Part shown: piece by piece, positions 28,559 to 37,493 of the stretch | Numbering within the stretch: the first letter of the stretch is position 1 | Layout of the letters: every line of letters begins with the position of its first letter | NCBI GenBank assembly: GCA_965216405.1 | Contig: OZ244161.1 | Location: 376,917 to 440,916, forward strand | Length of the DNA: 64,000 bases | Source of the DNA: an uncultured Micavibrio sp. | GTDB taxonomy: Bacteria > Pseudomonadota > Alphaproteobacteria > Micavibrionales > Micavibrionaceae | Reading direction: 5' to 3' | The notes under the pieces: generated by a model | Databases searched by the model: none | What the model saw: the letters and a program-made list of their open reading frames with translations, nothing else | Told to the model about the DNA's origin: nothing | Translations under genes and position numbers: made by a program

Positions 28559-29229
28559 TGCACCGGTTCTTCCAGATATTCTTGTGTGGTACCGTTAGAT
28601 AAGGAAATGCTGTCATCCGGTATCATGGTTTGCCAAAAAATCACGGCCCTGCCGGTTACCAGTCCCTCCCGTTGTTCGGTTGTGCCGATCTCTCTTAAAA
28701 TAGGCTGAGTAACATTTACTATGCGCTTTAAACTGACCGATTTGAAAGTCACCTGCCCCGGAAAACCATATTGTAAAAGATATAAAAATTTATAAATGCT
28801 TGTGTCTTCTAATGACTGAAAGTCAAAAGCAATCTGGGTACTGATAAGCTGGTGCCCCACTTCTTTTGCCTGTTCGCTCTCAATTTTAACGGCCGGTTTT
28901 ATTTCATAACGCAAAGAAACAAGGTCTGCCTCATCACTCAGCGATTCCAATAAGGGCTGTATGGCAAATCTATTCTGGCTATCAAAGAACTGTGTTTGCT
29001 GCATCAGAACAAACGTCTCTTTATATTGCGCAAACAAATCCATGCCAGACCGGATATTTTGAATTTTTTCTTCCAAATTCACATTTTCATTTAAGATTGC
29101 CGCATATTCCTGCTTTTTCTGAACCAATCCCCGATTAAGAAAAAAAGTATCAGCCATAACAAAAAACACTGCTATCGCACTTAACAGCAACAAACCGACG
29201 AGCCTTGCAATACCAATGGTTTTTATCAT
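28555..29229 (-). CDS. PilO-like bitopic pilus alignment protein
   Basis: One N-terminal TM (LVGLLLLSAIAVFFVMA) followed by a coiled-coil-like segment and a globular C-terminal part. Position and 4 nt overlaps fit a pilMNOP-type module. The function call rests on architecture only. Confidence 0.6.
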   Translation of the reverse strand: MIKTIGIARLVGLLLLSAIAVFFVMADTFFLNRGLVQKKQEYAAILNENVNLEEKIQNIRSGMDLFAQYKETFVLMQQTQFFDSQNRFAIQPLLESLSDEADLVSLRYEIKPAVKIESEQAKEVGHQLISTQIAFDFQSLEDTSIYKFLYLLQYGFPGQVTFKSVSLKRIVNVTQPILREIGTTEQREGLVTGRAVIFWQTMIPDDSISLSNGTTQEYLEEPVQ

Positions 29230-30872
29230 TCAAATGTCCTGGTTATACTTATTTCCGCGATATATTCTTCGGGCTTGTTGGCTTCGCCTGCGGTATCACC
29301 AACGAAATTTCCCGTGTAACTTAGATCGGCTATCTGACGGGCAACAGACACCTTATAATCAGGTAGTACGCTTTGAAGATTATCCTTAAACTTATTAATT
29401 CTCTGGACACCCTCTTCAAGATTGATCGTATTGGGAAAAGAAAGGAATAAGGCTGCCGATAAAAGGGCATCCATGCTATCCGGGCTACCAGTATAATCTT
29501 TGGCCTGTTCATTAGCATCAAATGATTGTGAACTAAAGATATCCATCACCGGCGCAGCACTCTCTTCTTCCTCTTTAGGAACTTCCTTGCGAAGAACTTG
29601 TACCTCATCCAACCGCAAGTCAGGTCCCATTGCCTTGGCAATCCGGCTAAACAAGATGGTAGGAAAAACCTTTTTATTTTCTATTGATTTGTAGACTTCC
29701 GTAGAATTATTAACAAATAAAAGATCATAGCCGAGACGTTTTTGTTCCATCAGCAACCGCCTGTATTCACTGCGATTTGCATTTAAGGTTTGGTTGGAGA
29801 TTGTATTTTTTTCATTTACGACATATGTCTCTTGCCATTTTTGAAACGTACTAAAGCCAAAATATGCGATGGCTCCTGCCAATAAAACCAGTATGAATGT
29901 GGCAGCACGACGCGGTAAAATAAAACTGTTCAGATTTTTTATATGTAACGGAAGGCGTAATTTTACCTTTTTTGCAAAATAAGCGGCATACAGATGGTCC
30001 GCATAACGGTCATCTTTTTGGTTACTTAACGTGACACCCAATAAAGAGGATAGTTCCTGAATGTTGAAAACTTCAAGCTTGCAATCTATATTAATCAGGT
30101 TGTTGAGAGGCTCTTTCGCACTGTCATTGGCCGCAATAACGATATCAAGCCCGTCTCCTTCTTTATAACCGAGACGGGTTAGATAGCTCATTGTTGCCAC
30201 AAGCTCTGATACGACTTCCTTCGCCCATAAATCTGGCTCGACATCGGTATCAATAATCGGCGTCATACGCGTTAAGGCTAAATTTCCATTACGCGTGACA
30301 ACCTGACGTAAACCACCATTCTCATGCTGCCCGATAAAAGCCGCCCATTGTGAGATTCCACTTCCTCTTTCCCTGATTTTGGAAGAAAGAGTTTTGACCA
30401 TATCTGCCGCTTCAATCGGCAAGAGGTAAACGCCCACAATCCGTGTCATTGATGATTGAACCGCTGCAAGCGTTTTTGATATAGACTCGTTCATGCCTAT
30501 GGCGGCAAAAAGATAATTACCACCACTGCCTTTTTCTTTTCCCTTGCCTTCACCAACAAGTTTTAAAGCGGCACGGATTTTATAATTCGGGAACGCTACA
30601 GATAACCGCCGCTTTAGAACATTCTGGCGATCAACAATACTGACCTTGGGGAGACGTTCTTTTCGGTAATGCTGTTCCACCATGTCATTAACAATAATAA
30701 CAGGGCTGCGGCGGCACTTATCGACGATAATATCGGAAACGGCCGCCGTAAATTCATCTGTTTCCCAGGGAATAAGATCAACATACTTTACCGCGAACTT
30801 ATTAGCGTAAAATATCTGCAGACCTTCATCCTTTAAGATGAGAATGGTTCTGGAAGACGATAATAAAGGCAA
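29226..30872 (-). CDS. PilM-PilN fusion-like (MshI-like) pilus assembly protein
   Basis: 548 aa: a roughly 330 aa cytoplasmic part, a single TM (AATFILVLLAGAIAYFGF), then a roughly 200 aa periplasmic part. Located between pilC and the PilO-like gene. The call rests on architecture and context. Confidence 0.6.
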   Translation of the reverse strand: MPLLSSSRTILILKDEGLQIFYANKFAVKYVDLIPWETDEFTAAVSDIIVDKCRRSPVIIVNDMVEQHYRKERLPKVSIVDRQNVLKRRLSVAFPNYKIRAALKLVGEGKGKEKGSGGNYLFAAIGMNESISKTLAAVQSSMTRIVGVYLLPIEAADMVKTLSSKIRERGSGISQWAAFIGQHENGGLRQVVTRNGNLALTRMTPIIDTDVEPDLWAKEVVSELVATMSYLTRLGYKEGDGLDIVIAANDSAKEPLNNLINIDCKLEVFNIQELSSLLGVTLSNQKDDRYADHLYAAYFAKKVKLRLPLHIKNLNSFILPRRAATFILVLLAGAIAYFGFSTFQKWQETYVVNEKNTISNQTLNANRSEYRRLLMEQKRLGYDLLFVNNSTEVYKSIENKKVFPTILFSRIAKAMGPDLRLDEVQVLRKEVPKEEEESAAPVMDIFSSQSFDANEQAKDYTGSPDSMDALLSAALFLSFPNTINLEEGVQRINKFKDNLQSVLPDYKVSVARQIADLSYTGNFVGDTAGEANKPEEYIAEISITRTFE

Positions 30873-30890
30873 AATAATTATCCCTCTTGG

Positions 30891-32105
30891 TTAGAAGTCA
30901 AGGTTTTCAAAACTTGCATAGACAGGCCCAAAGACCCCAACCGCAATCCAAAGGATCATAACACCAAGTATGGCAGTAAGTGAAGGTTCAATCATGGCGA
31001 TCACTTTTTCGACCTCTTCATCAACATCATTGGTATAAAACTCTGCCACCTGATCTAAAACAACCGTTAAATTACCAGATTCCTCTCCCACTTTGACCAT
31101 CCGAATAACCATAGAAGGAAACTGTCCACTTTTATTAAGGGCCACAGAAAAAGGGTCCCCTTCCTTAACAAATTGCTCCACCCGCTCCAAACTTTCTTTT
31201 ATAACGCGGTTTCCAACTGTCAACGAAGAAGCTTCAAGCGCTTTTAATACGTCGATCCCGCCTGCAAAAAGCGCACCGAATGTTTGTGAAAACCTGGCAA
31301 TATTAATTTTCCGCACCAGAGTCCCCATAACAGGGAGGCGTAAAATCAATGAATCCACTTTATAGGCAAAACCTTCTGATACCTTCCTTAAAATCGAAAG
31401 AAAGATATACACCCCAATAGGAACCGTAAGAATATAAAGCCAGTAAGCAACAAAAAAGTCTGAAACAGCCATCAACGAGGTCGTCGCAAAAGGCAGGTCC
31501 TGGTCCATACTTTCAATAAAACCAACAATTTGCGGTACGACAATTGCCATCATCACCACAATTGTCGCAATCACGGCTATTAAAAGGATCGTCGGGTAGC
31601 GTGTCGCTTTTCGAACGCGGGTCTGCATCACATCCACCCACTTGAGATACTTCACAAGTTGCGCACAGGATGATTTTATATCCCCGTTTTCTTCTCCGGC
31701 AGAAATAAGTGAAACCTGAAGCTTAGAAAAAGCTTTAGGTTGTCTTGCGAGAGCCTCGGAAAACGAACTTCCTTCGGACACATCCCTGTAAATTTCCGAC
31801 ATGATATCGCGGAACGTGGAATTATCCGATGTATCACGGATATCGGCCAGAGAATCCAGCAAAGGAATACCGGCATTTTGCATTTGTTGTAACTGCACAA
31901 AAAATTGGATCAGGTCCCTGACAGTGACCTTTTGCATAAAACCGATAGAAAATACGCCGCTACTGCTTTTGATCTTTTTACAATCAATCAGTTCAAGTCT
32001 GGCGTCCTTTAATTGTTTATATAAGTCAGATTCATTGGCAGCCGACAACACGCCCCGAATAGGCCTGCCGCTGTCATTTATTGCTCTGTACTTATATTTT
32101 TCCAA
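30891..32105 (-). CDS. pilC: type IV pilus platform protein PilC (GspF family)
   Basis: MEKYKYRAINDSGRPIRGVLSAANESDLYKQL and two GspF-type repeats (SFSEALARQPKAF / PFSVALNKSGQFP) with 3 TM segments. Confidence 0.88.
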   Translation of the reverse strand: MEKYKYRAINDSGRPIRGVLSAANESDLYKQLKDARLELIDCKKIKSSSGVFSIGFMQKVTVRDLIQFFVQLQQMQNAGIPLLDSLADIRDTSDNSTFRDIMSEIYRDVSEGSSFSEALARQPKAFSKLQVSLISAGEENGDIKSSCAQLVKYLKWVDVMQTRVRKATRYPTILLIAVIATIVVMMAIVVPQIVGFIESMDQDLPFATTSLMAVSDFFVAYWLYILTVPIGVYIFLSILRKVSEGFAYKVDSLILRLPVMGTLVRKINIARFSQTFGALFAGGIDVLKALEASSLTVGNRVIKESLERVEQFVKEGDPFSVALNKSGQFPSMVIRMVKVGEESGNLTVVLDQVAEFYTNDVDEEVEKVIAMIEPSLTAILGVMILWIAVGVFGPVYASFENLDF

Positions 32106-32128
32106 TGAAAAACCCTGTTAGAAAAGGA

Positions 32129-34234
32129 CTACTTGGTCATATCAACCACTTTACAAGCGCCTTCAAGTGAAATGATTCCCTCTTTGATTTTGAGAATAGC
32201 ATCATCCTTCATATTCTTAAATCCATTCTTCATGGCAGCTTCCTTAATTTGCGCTTTTGTACCGCCAACGGCAACTATATCATCCATTTCCTCATTAAAA
32301 CTCAAGATCTCTGCCAGGGCGATACGCCCTTTATCCCCACGTCCTTCACAAGCCTCACACCCGCCTTGTCTTGATTTGTATATTTCAATTGGCTCATCAA
32401 AATCTAAAAGCTTACATTCCTCCTCGTTCGGCATATAGGCTTCTTTACAACTCGGACATAGCTTTTTCGCCAAACGTTGAGCAAAAATAGAGATAATGTT
32501 ACCGGCAACCATCCCCGGCACCATTCCAAGGTCAAATAATCGTGGCAACGCCCCAAAAGAATCATTGGTGTGAAGGGTCGTATAAACTTGGTGACCTGTC
32601 ATCGCCGCCTGCAGCGCCATTTCGGCGGTTGTTTTATCCCTGATCTCCCCGATAAAGATAATATCAGGGTCTTGCCGCAACATAGCCCGGATACCATCTG
32701 CAAATTCCAAAACCCCTTCTTTCACTGCCGTTTGACGAATCATTGGCAGGGAATATTCAACCGGGTCTTCCAATGTTTGGATATTCACATCCACTGTATT
32801 AATCTCATTCAACATGGAATAAAGACTGGTCGTCTTACCGCTTCCCGTTGGACCGGTAACAATAATGATCCCTTCGGGGCGCTTTTGTGATTTTTTGATT
32901 AATTCGAGATTACTCGGACTAAAGCCCAAGGCAGAAAGCGGCATAATACTGGATTGCTTATCCAGAACCCGCATAACAATATTTTCACCCCAAACAGTAG
33001 GTAAGGAAGACACACGGAAATCAACTTCCCTTCCGCCAACATTCATATTAATACGTCCGTCCTGCGGCGTTAGTTTATCGGCAATATTCAAAGAAGACAT
33101 CAACTTGATCCGCTGCCCAATACCGCTCCAGTGTTTTTTGTGCAATATCTGAGCAGTCGATAACACCCCATCCACACGGTATCTTAAGCGGACAAAGTTT
33201 TCTTCAGGTTCGAAGTGCAAATCAGAGGCCCCGATTTTAACCGCCTCAAAAATAAGAGCATTCACCAAACGGACCAGCGGGTGGCTGTAGGCTTCCTCTT
33301 CGGAAAGGCCGGCAACATCATCCAGATCATCAGCATTTTGGCCTTCAAGCTCTTTTAGAATGGCGCTAACAGAACTGGCATATCCATAAGCGGCATCAAT
33401 GGCATCAGATAAAATTTGCGGGGTCGTCACCGACGGGTGAACTTTTAATTTCCGCGGTATATAACGCTTGAGCATATCAAGCGCCATAACGTCATATGGA
33501 TCGGCCATAGCGACAAGCAATTCGTTTTCATTCATGGAAAACGGCATGATCAGATATTTGGACGCAATCTTTTTATCAATCAGATTCAGGACTTCGGAAT
33601 CAATAATAGTAGATTTAGGGTCGAATACCTGAAAACCCGAAGACTTGGCAAGGAAAGCACTTAAAGTAGCGGCTTCGATAAAGCCCAGATCCACCATGAT
33701 CTCCCCAATCATCTTGTCTGAGACTTTTTGTTCCTGCAGCGCCACATTTAACTGATCTGGAGTGATCAGTTCCTTGGCGACAAGTTCGTCGCCAAAACGC
33801 TCGCGCTTTTTATTTGTTAAGTCGTGCTTTTCAGTCACCTGCAATTCACGGCTTTGTGATTCTCTCGCCTCCGCCTCAGAGGCATCAAATTGTTCCGGTT
33901 CTGCGTTTATTTCCGGTTTTTCTTCCGTTTCCGCTTCTGCCTCTACTTCATAGTCCTCATCTTCCAGCGTGAAATCACCCAAAACCTCTTTTGGCTGGGA
34001 AATCTCATTGTCCGTTGGATCTTCAGCCTCCAATTCAACCATCTCCGGCTCAGGCATCATGTCTTCTGCCGATTTTTCGACCTGCGGATCCATTCTCTCA
34101 GGCTCGGAAATTTGTGTCTTGGAAACATCCTCGACCTCCCTCTTCTTCGGTTGGGAAGGTTCTTTAGCAGGGCCCGTTTTTTTCTTCACAACAGGAGCTG
34201 CAGGTGCCTCAAATGAAATGTCATTATTATCCAT
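32129..34234 (-). CDS. pilB: type IV pilus extension ATPase (PilB/MshE-like) with an acidic N-terminal extension and an MshEN-type domain
   Basis: Walker A GPTGSGKTT, an Asp box, Walker B, and the tetracysteine CPSC...CEAC. A GSPII_E N-terminal domain is preceded by a roughly 145 aa Glu/Asp-rich region. Confidence 0.92.
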   Translation of the reverse strand: MDNNDISFEAPAAPVVKKKTGPAKEPSQPKKREVEDVSKTQISEPERMDPQVEKSAEDMMPEPEMVELEAEDPTDNEISQPKEVLGDFTLEDEDYEVEAEAETEEKPEINAEPEQFDASEAEARESQSRELQVTEKHDLTNKKRERFGDELVAKELITPDQLNVALQEQKVSDKMIGEIMVDLGFIEAATLSAFLAKSSGFQVFDPKSTIIDSEVLNLIDKKIASKYLIMPFSMNENELLVAMADPYDVMALDMLKRYIPRKLKVHPSVTTPQILSDAIDAAYGYASSVSAILKELEGQNADDLDDVAGLSEEEAYSHPLVRLVNALIFEAVKIGASDLHFEPEENFVRLRYRVDGVLSTAQILHKKHWSGIGQRIKLMSSLNIADKLTPQDGRINMNVGGREVDFRVSSLPTVWGENIVMRVLDKQSSIMPLSALGFSPSNLELIKKSQKRPEGIIIVTGPTGSGKTTSLYSMLNEINTVDVNIQTLEDPVEYSLPMIRQTAVKEGVLEFADGIRAMLRQDPDIIFIGEIRDKTTAEMALQAAMTGHQVYTTLHTNDSFGALPRLFDLGMVPGMVAGNIISIFAQRLAKKLCPSCKEAYMPNEEECKLLDFDEPIEIYKSRQGGCEACEGRGDKGRIALAEILSFNEEMDDIVAVGGTKAQIKEAAMKNGFKNMKDDAILKIKEGIISLEGACKVVDMTK

Positions 34235-34309
34235 GCTTATAACTTTGCCAGAATATATTAAATATAAGTTTAATGATTAATGTTCCGAATTTCAAAAAAT
34301 AGAAATATT

Positions 34310-34369
34310 TTTATATGGAAATACAGTAAGTTACCCAGATATACAGTATCATATAAAAAGGTTAACAAA
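34310..34369 (-). promoter_or_regulatory. pilB upstream element: TTTGTTAACCTTTT - TGATA - CTGGGTA - CTTACTGT - TATAAA (minus strand)
   Basis: The 14-mer at 34356-34369 is identical to the one upstream of the pilin gene. CTGGGTA lies at 34332-34338, CTTACTGT at 34323-34330, and TATAAA at 34310-34315, 76 nt upstream of the pilB ATG. Confidence 0.4.
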
Positions 34370-34393
34370 TATATATGGTGTTATGAAAAGAAA

Positions 34394-34470
34394 TGGCGCG
34401 CCCGGGAGGATTCGAACCCCCAACCTTCTGATCCGTAGTCAGATACTCTATCCAGTTGAGCTACGGGCGC
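34394..34470 (-). tRNA. tRNA-Arg (anticodon ACG), CCA encoded
   Basis: Reverse complement GCGCCCGTAGCTCAACTGGATAGAGTATCTGACTACGGATCAGAAGGTTGGGGGTTCGAATCCTCCCGGGCGCGCCA. Perfect 7 bp acceptor stem, anticodon loop CTACGGA, and a GTTCGAATC T-loop. Confidence 0.95.
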
Positions 34471-34718
34471 AGACTTCAGACACAGAAGTATTTGCCTGAA
34501 TGCGCAGGCACCCTACAATAAGCATGGCAAAGATAGCAAGTTAAAAAAGTGCAAAAGCGTTCGGTTTTTATCCTCCCGCTTTTTACGAAAAAAAGTGTCT
34601 TTTTCTTGACTCATGATGGGAATTAAGGTGAGTTAAGGCGTTTTAGTACTAATATTGAATCATTTAAGGCACCCTTTATGTGTGCCGGATGGTCCTTAAC
34701 AAATCGGGCGAACCTGTC

Positions 34719-35945
34719 ATGGAGAAATCCTTTATTAAAAACAATGGCCTACGAGGGCTTCTTGCAACAATTCTATGCATTGGCTTTGCTTCGACAGCCA
34801 TGGCGCAAATTGATATGGGGCAAAAACCCGTTTTAGTCATTACCAATAAGCAAATGGCGCCGACGAATCCCGGCCCGATTTACAGCAATCCCGTGCGCGC
34901 CCCTGAAATCACCCAACAACAAATCGCCAGTGCTGCCTATTACGGCCCGGAATCGACGATGGTTGGCCGCAAGCTGGATGAAATCAATAAGGATTACTTT
35001 GCGCTACAATCCTCTATCAACCGCATGTCAGAAAAATTAAGGTCAATTCAAACCCGAAACCGGGATGTTGCTGCAGGTTATTATGCGAGTATTGCGACTA
35101 TTAACACGCAGTTACAAAGCGGTACAACCCCTGGAAACCCTCGCCTTATTGCAAAACTGGATGTGGCCCAAAACAATCTTGATGTTCTGGCCAATAATAT
35201 TAATGCCCTCAACAATATGGCCGTCGAGCTTGCAAATGCGGCTTCCCAAGCAACCTTTTTGGTTGAAAATGTGCGCGCAGCCTTTAGCCTCTCCGGCGCT
35301 ATCGAGGAAGATCATGCCCGTCTGGCCATGATTGAAGATCAAGTCAATAATACAATGGTCACAATTGACCGTCTTTTAAATAACGTCAATGATGACATTA
35401 CCCGCACCAATGCTTACGTTGCTTCGGAAAGAAATGACCTGCGGACATTGGCATTGGCTGTTTCCAATGGCGATCTTTACGGCAAGAACCTGTCTAATAA
35501 CCCGTTCTCCCAGGCGCCGACAAGCCCGATGATGCAACAGGCAAGCTACGGCGCTGCCCCTGCAGCTCCTGTTATGCAGGCCCCACAAATGATGGGCGCA
35601 CCAGGTATGCCTATGCCTTCTGCGCCAATGGCAACACCTTCTTCTCCGCGTCCGTTGGCCAAGATTAAATTCGATAAAGCCAATATTGACTATGAACAGC
35701 CTATTTACATGGCAGTACAAGAAGCGCTTCAGCGTTATCCCAATGCCCGTTTTGAGTTGATTGCCGTTCATCCGACCAGCGGAAATCCTGCGCAGGCGGC
35801 CATAGAAAGCACACGGGCGCGCCGTAATGCGGAGCGCGTGTTGCGGACCTTGACCCAAATGGGCGTGTCTTTAGATCAGGTTGATCTATCCAACTCAGCC
35901 AGTCCTGAAGCTCAAACAAGTGAAGTTCACTTATACGTAAGGTAA
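34719..35945 (+). CDS. exported coiled-coil protein with a degenerate OmpA-like C-terminal domain
   Basis: From the ATG at 34719: MEKSFIKNNGLRGLLATILCIGFASTAMAQ, signal-like. A long Asn/Ala/Leu-rich helical region and a Pro/Met-rich linker follow. The C-terminal IKFDKANIDYEQ...ELIAVHP...RARRNAERVLRTLTQMGV resembles OmpA_C. Confidence 0.65.
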   Translation: MEKSFIKNNGLRGLLATILCIGFASTAMAQIDMGQKPVLVITNKQMAPTNPGPIYSNPVRAPEITQQQIASAAYYGPESTMVGRKLDEINKDYFALQSSINRMSEKLRSIQTRNRDVAAGYYASIATINTQLQSGTTPGNPRLIAKLDVAQNNLDVLANNINALNNMAVELANAASQATFLVENVRAAFSLSGAIEEDHARLAMIEDQVNNTMVTIDRLLNNVNDDITRTNAYVASERNDLRTLALAVSNGDLYGKNLSNNPFSQAPTSPMMQQASYGAAPAAPVMQAPQMMGAPGMPMPSAPMATPSSPRPLAKIKFDKANIDYEQPIYMAVQEALQRYPNARFELIAVHPTSGNPAQAAIESTRARRNAERVLRTLTQMGVSLDQVDLSNSASPEAQTSEVHLYVR

Positions 35946-35949
35946 GCGC

Positions 35950-36942
35950 GTGAAACAGCTTCGCCAATTGGGGACGATTATTGTTTTATTTGTTGTCCTT
36001 ATTCTTATCGGCTTACTGGCAAGAAATTATCTTGAAGGAACAGATATAAGTTCTGTATCCACACCGGTTAAAACCACCGAAGATGATCAAAAACTCTTTA
36101 AAAAAGCAGATTATATTGCCGCCCTTCCCCATTTTGGCCCCCTAATCCATACGCAAGATATATCCGTGACTTATGCTGACGGCAAAGCGATGGCAACATT
36201 GAGCAATGCGGAAGACTCCAAAATCCGCGTTGGGCAAAAAGTCATTTTATTCAACCAGAAGCACGAGATACTTCCCCTTGCCGGAAAAGTAGAAATTGTC
36301 GATGGCGAACACATCATTATCGCTCTGCCGGAAGAAACGGATACGGCGCTGTTAAGCCCGGACCTGCAAGTGATCACTTTAAAAACAGTGGGGACAAAAC
36401 GCATCCCTTTAAATGCCACATTGCAGGACAATGAAGGAAAAGCATATGTATGGGTAGCCGAAGCCACTGAAAACGGGCATAAAAAGCGCCCCGTTAAAAA
36501 ACACGAAATCGATATCACCTTAAAAGACGACCATTATCTTGATCCCGGCTTTTCGATTAATGCGATGGATTGGGTCATTCTTAATCCGGATGAAAAACTC
36601 CGCGCTGATAAAAAATACCGTGTTGCTGAAACAAAACTTGAGGCGCCCCTACATGATCCCGTCCGGCAGGCTTGGGGAGAGTTTGAGTTAAGACGCCTCG
36701 AAGAGCAACAAGAAGAACTCTTACAACGTTACCTGAATTGTAAAAATGGCGTGCCAAATACATATGCAGATGTGGCCCAAGGCACCGCCTCGCTGGCAGA
36801 TGGCAGTACCTCAAGCAGTTGTGGCGCCTCTGAAGAAATCCTGAATGATCCGGTGGCCATCTTTAATTCCCTGATTAACAACCTTGATAATGCAGGCGGC
36901 GCTTCCGCCTGTGGCAACGTAAGTTCTGCCTGCGGCCCGTAA
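35950..36942 (+). CDS. membrane-anchored hypothetical protein, possibly with a HlyD-like beta-barrel
   Basis: GTG start and one N-terminal TM (LGTIIVLFVVLILIGLLA). Segments such as RVGQKVILFNQ...GKVEIVDGEHIIIALPE and GKAYVWVAE loosely recall periplasmic adaptor barrels. The functional call is weak. Confidence 0.55.
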   Translation: MKQLRQLGTIIVLFVVLILIGLLARNYLEGTDISSVSTPVKTTEDDQKLFKKADYIAALPHFGPLIHTQDISVTYADGKAMATLSNAEDSKIRVGQKVILFNQKHEILPLAGKVEIVDGEHIIIALPEETDTALLSPDLQVITLKTVGTKRIPLNATLQDNEGKAYVWVAEATENGHKKRPVKKHEIDITLKDDHYLDPGFSINAMDWVILNPDEKLRADKKYRVAETKLEAPLHDPVRQAWGEFELRRLEEQQEELLQRYLNCKNGVPNTYADVAQGTASLADGSTSSSCGASEEILNDPVAIFNSLINNLDNAGGASACGNVSSACGP

Positions 36943-36943
36943 A

Positions 36944-37405
36944 TCAGGTTTTTAAATGACGGAATAAGCCGGAAACTCCCTCTTCAATAATATCCAACAC
37001 ATCTTCAAATGTCTGCGGATTGCCGTAATATGGATCGGGAACGCCCTGCCCCTGATAAATATCACAATAATCCACAAATCTTGTGAGAGAGGCTTTTGTG
37101 TTTGCAGGCATGATATCTTGCAAGATTGTATAATGTCCCTCATCCATCGCGATAATCATATCAAAATTTGTAAAATCATCGATGCCCACTTTTCGGGCGA
37201 TCTGCCCATCCATTGAAATACCGCGGTCTTTGGCTGCACGCATACCACGCGGGTCAGGGGGTTCACCGATATGATAGCCATGCGTACCTGCCGACTCAAT
37301 TAAAAAGCTAAGGTGACCGCCATGCGCTTTCACATAGTGCTTCATCACCGCCTCTGCCGCTGAAGACCGGCAAATATTCCCCGTACAGACAAAAAGTATT
37401 TTCAT
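36944..37405 (-). CDS. low-molecular-weight protein-tyrosine phosphatase
   Basis: MKILFVCTGNICRSSAAEAV contains the CX5R(S) P-loop, and DPYYG lies near the C-terminal end. I prefer the ATG at 37405. Confidence 0.88.
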   Translation of the reverse strand: MKILFVCTGNICRSSAAEAVMKHYVKAHGGHLSFLIESAGTHGYHIGEPPDPRGMRAAKDRGISMDGQIARKVGIDDFTNFDMIIAMDEGHYTILQDIMPANTKASLTRFVDYCDIYQGQGVPDPYYGNPQTFEDVLDIIEEGVSGLFRHLKT

Positions 37406-37493
37406 GCGATGTTTCCCTATTTTAACAAGCATAAGCCAGAAAGCTTGGGCGTTATATCTTGATTATTCGCGGGGAATATTGAAGGATGGGAAC

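Noticed and set aside
17675-34470. Pilus locus as a tRNA-Arg-integrated genomic island
   Set aside because: The tRNA-Arg abuts the locus and the composition looks AT-richer. However, I see no integrase, no transposase, and no direct repeat of the tRNA 3' end at the far border (17594-17674). Only the weaker claim of possible horizontal origin is kept.
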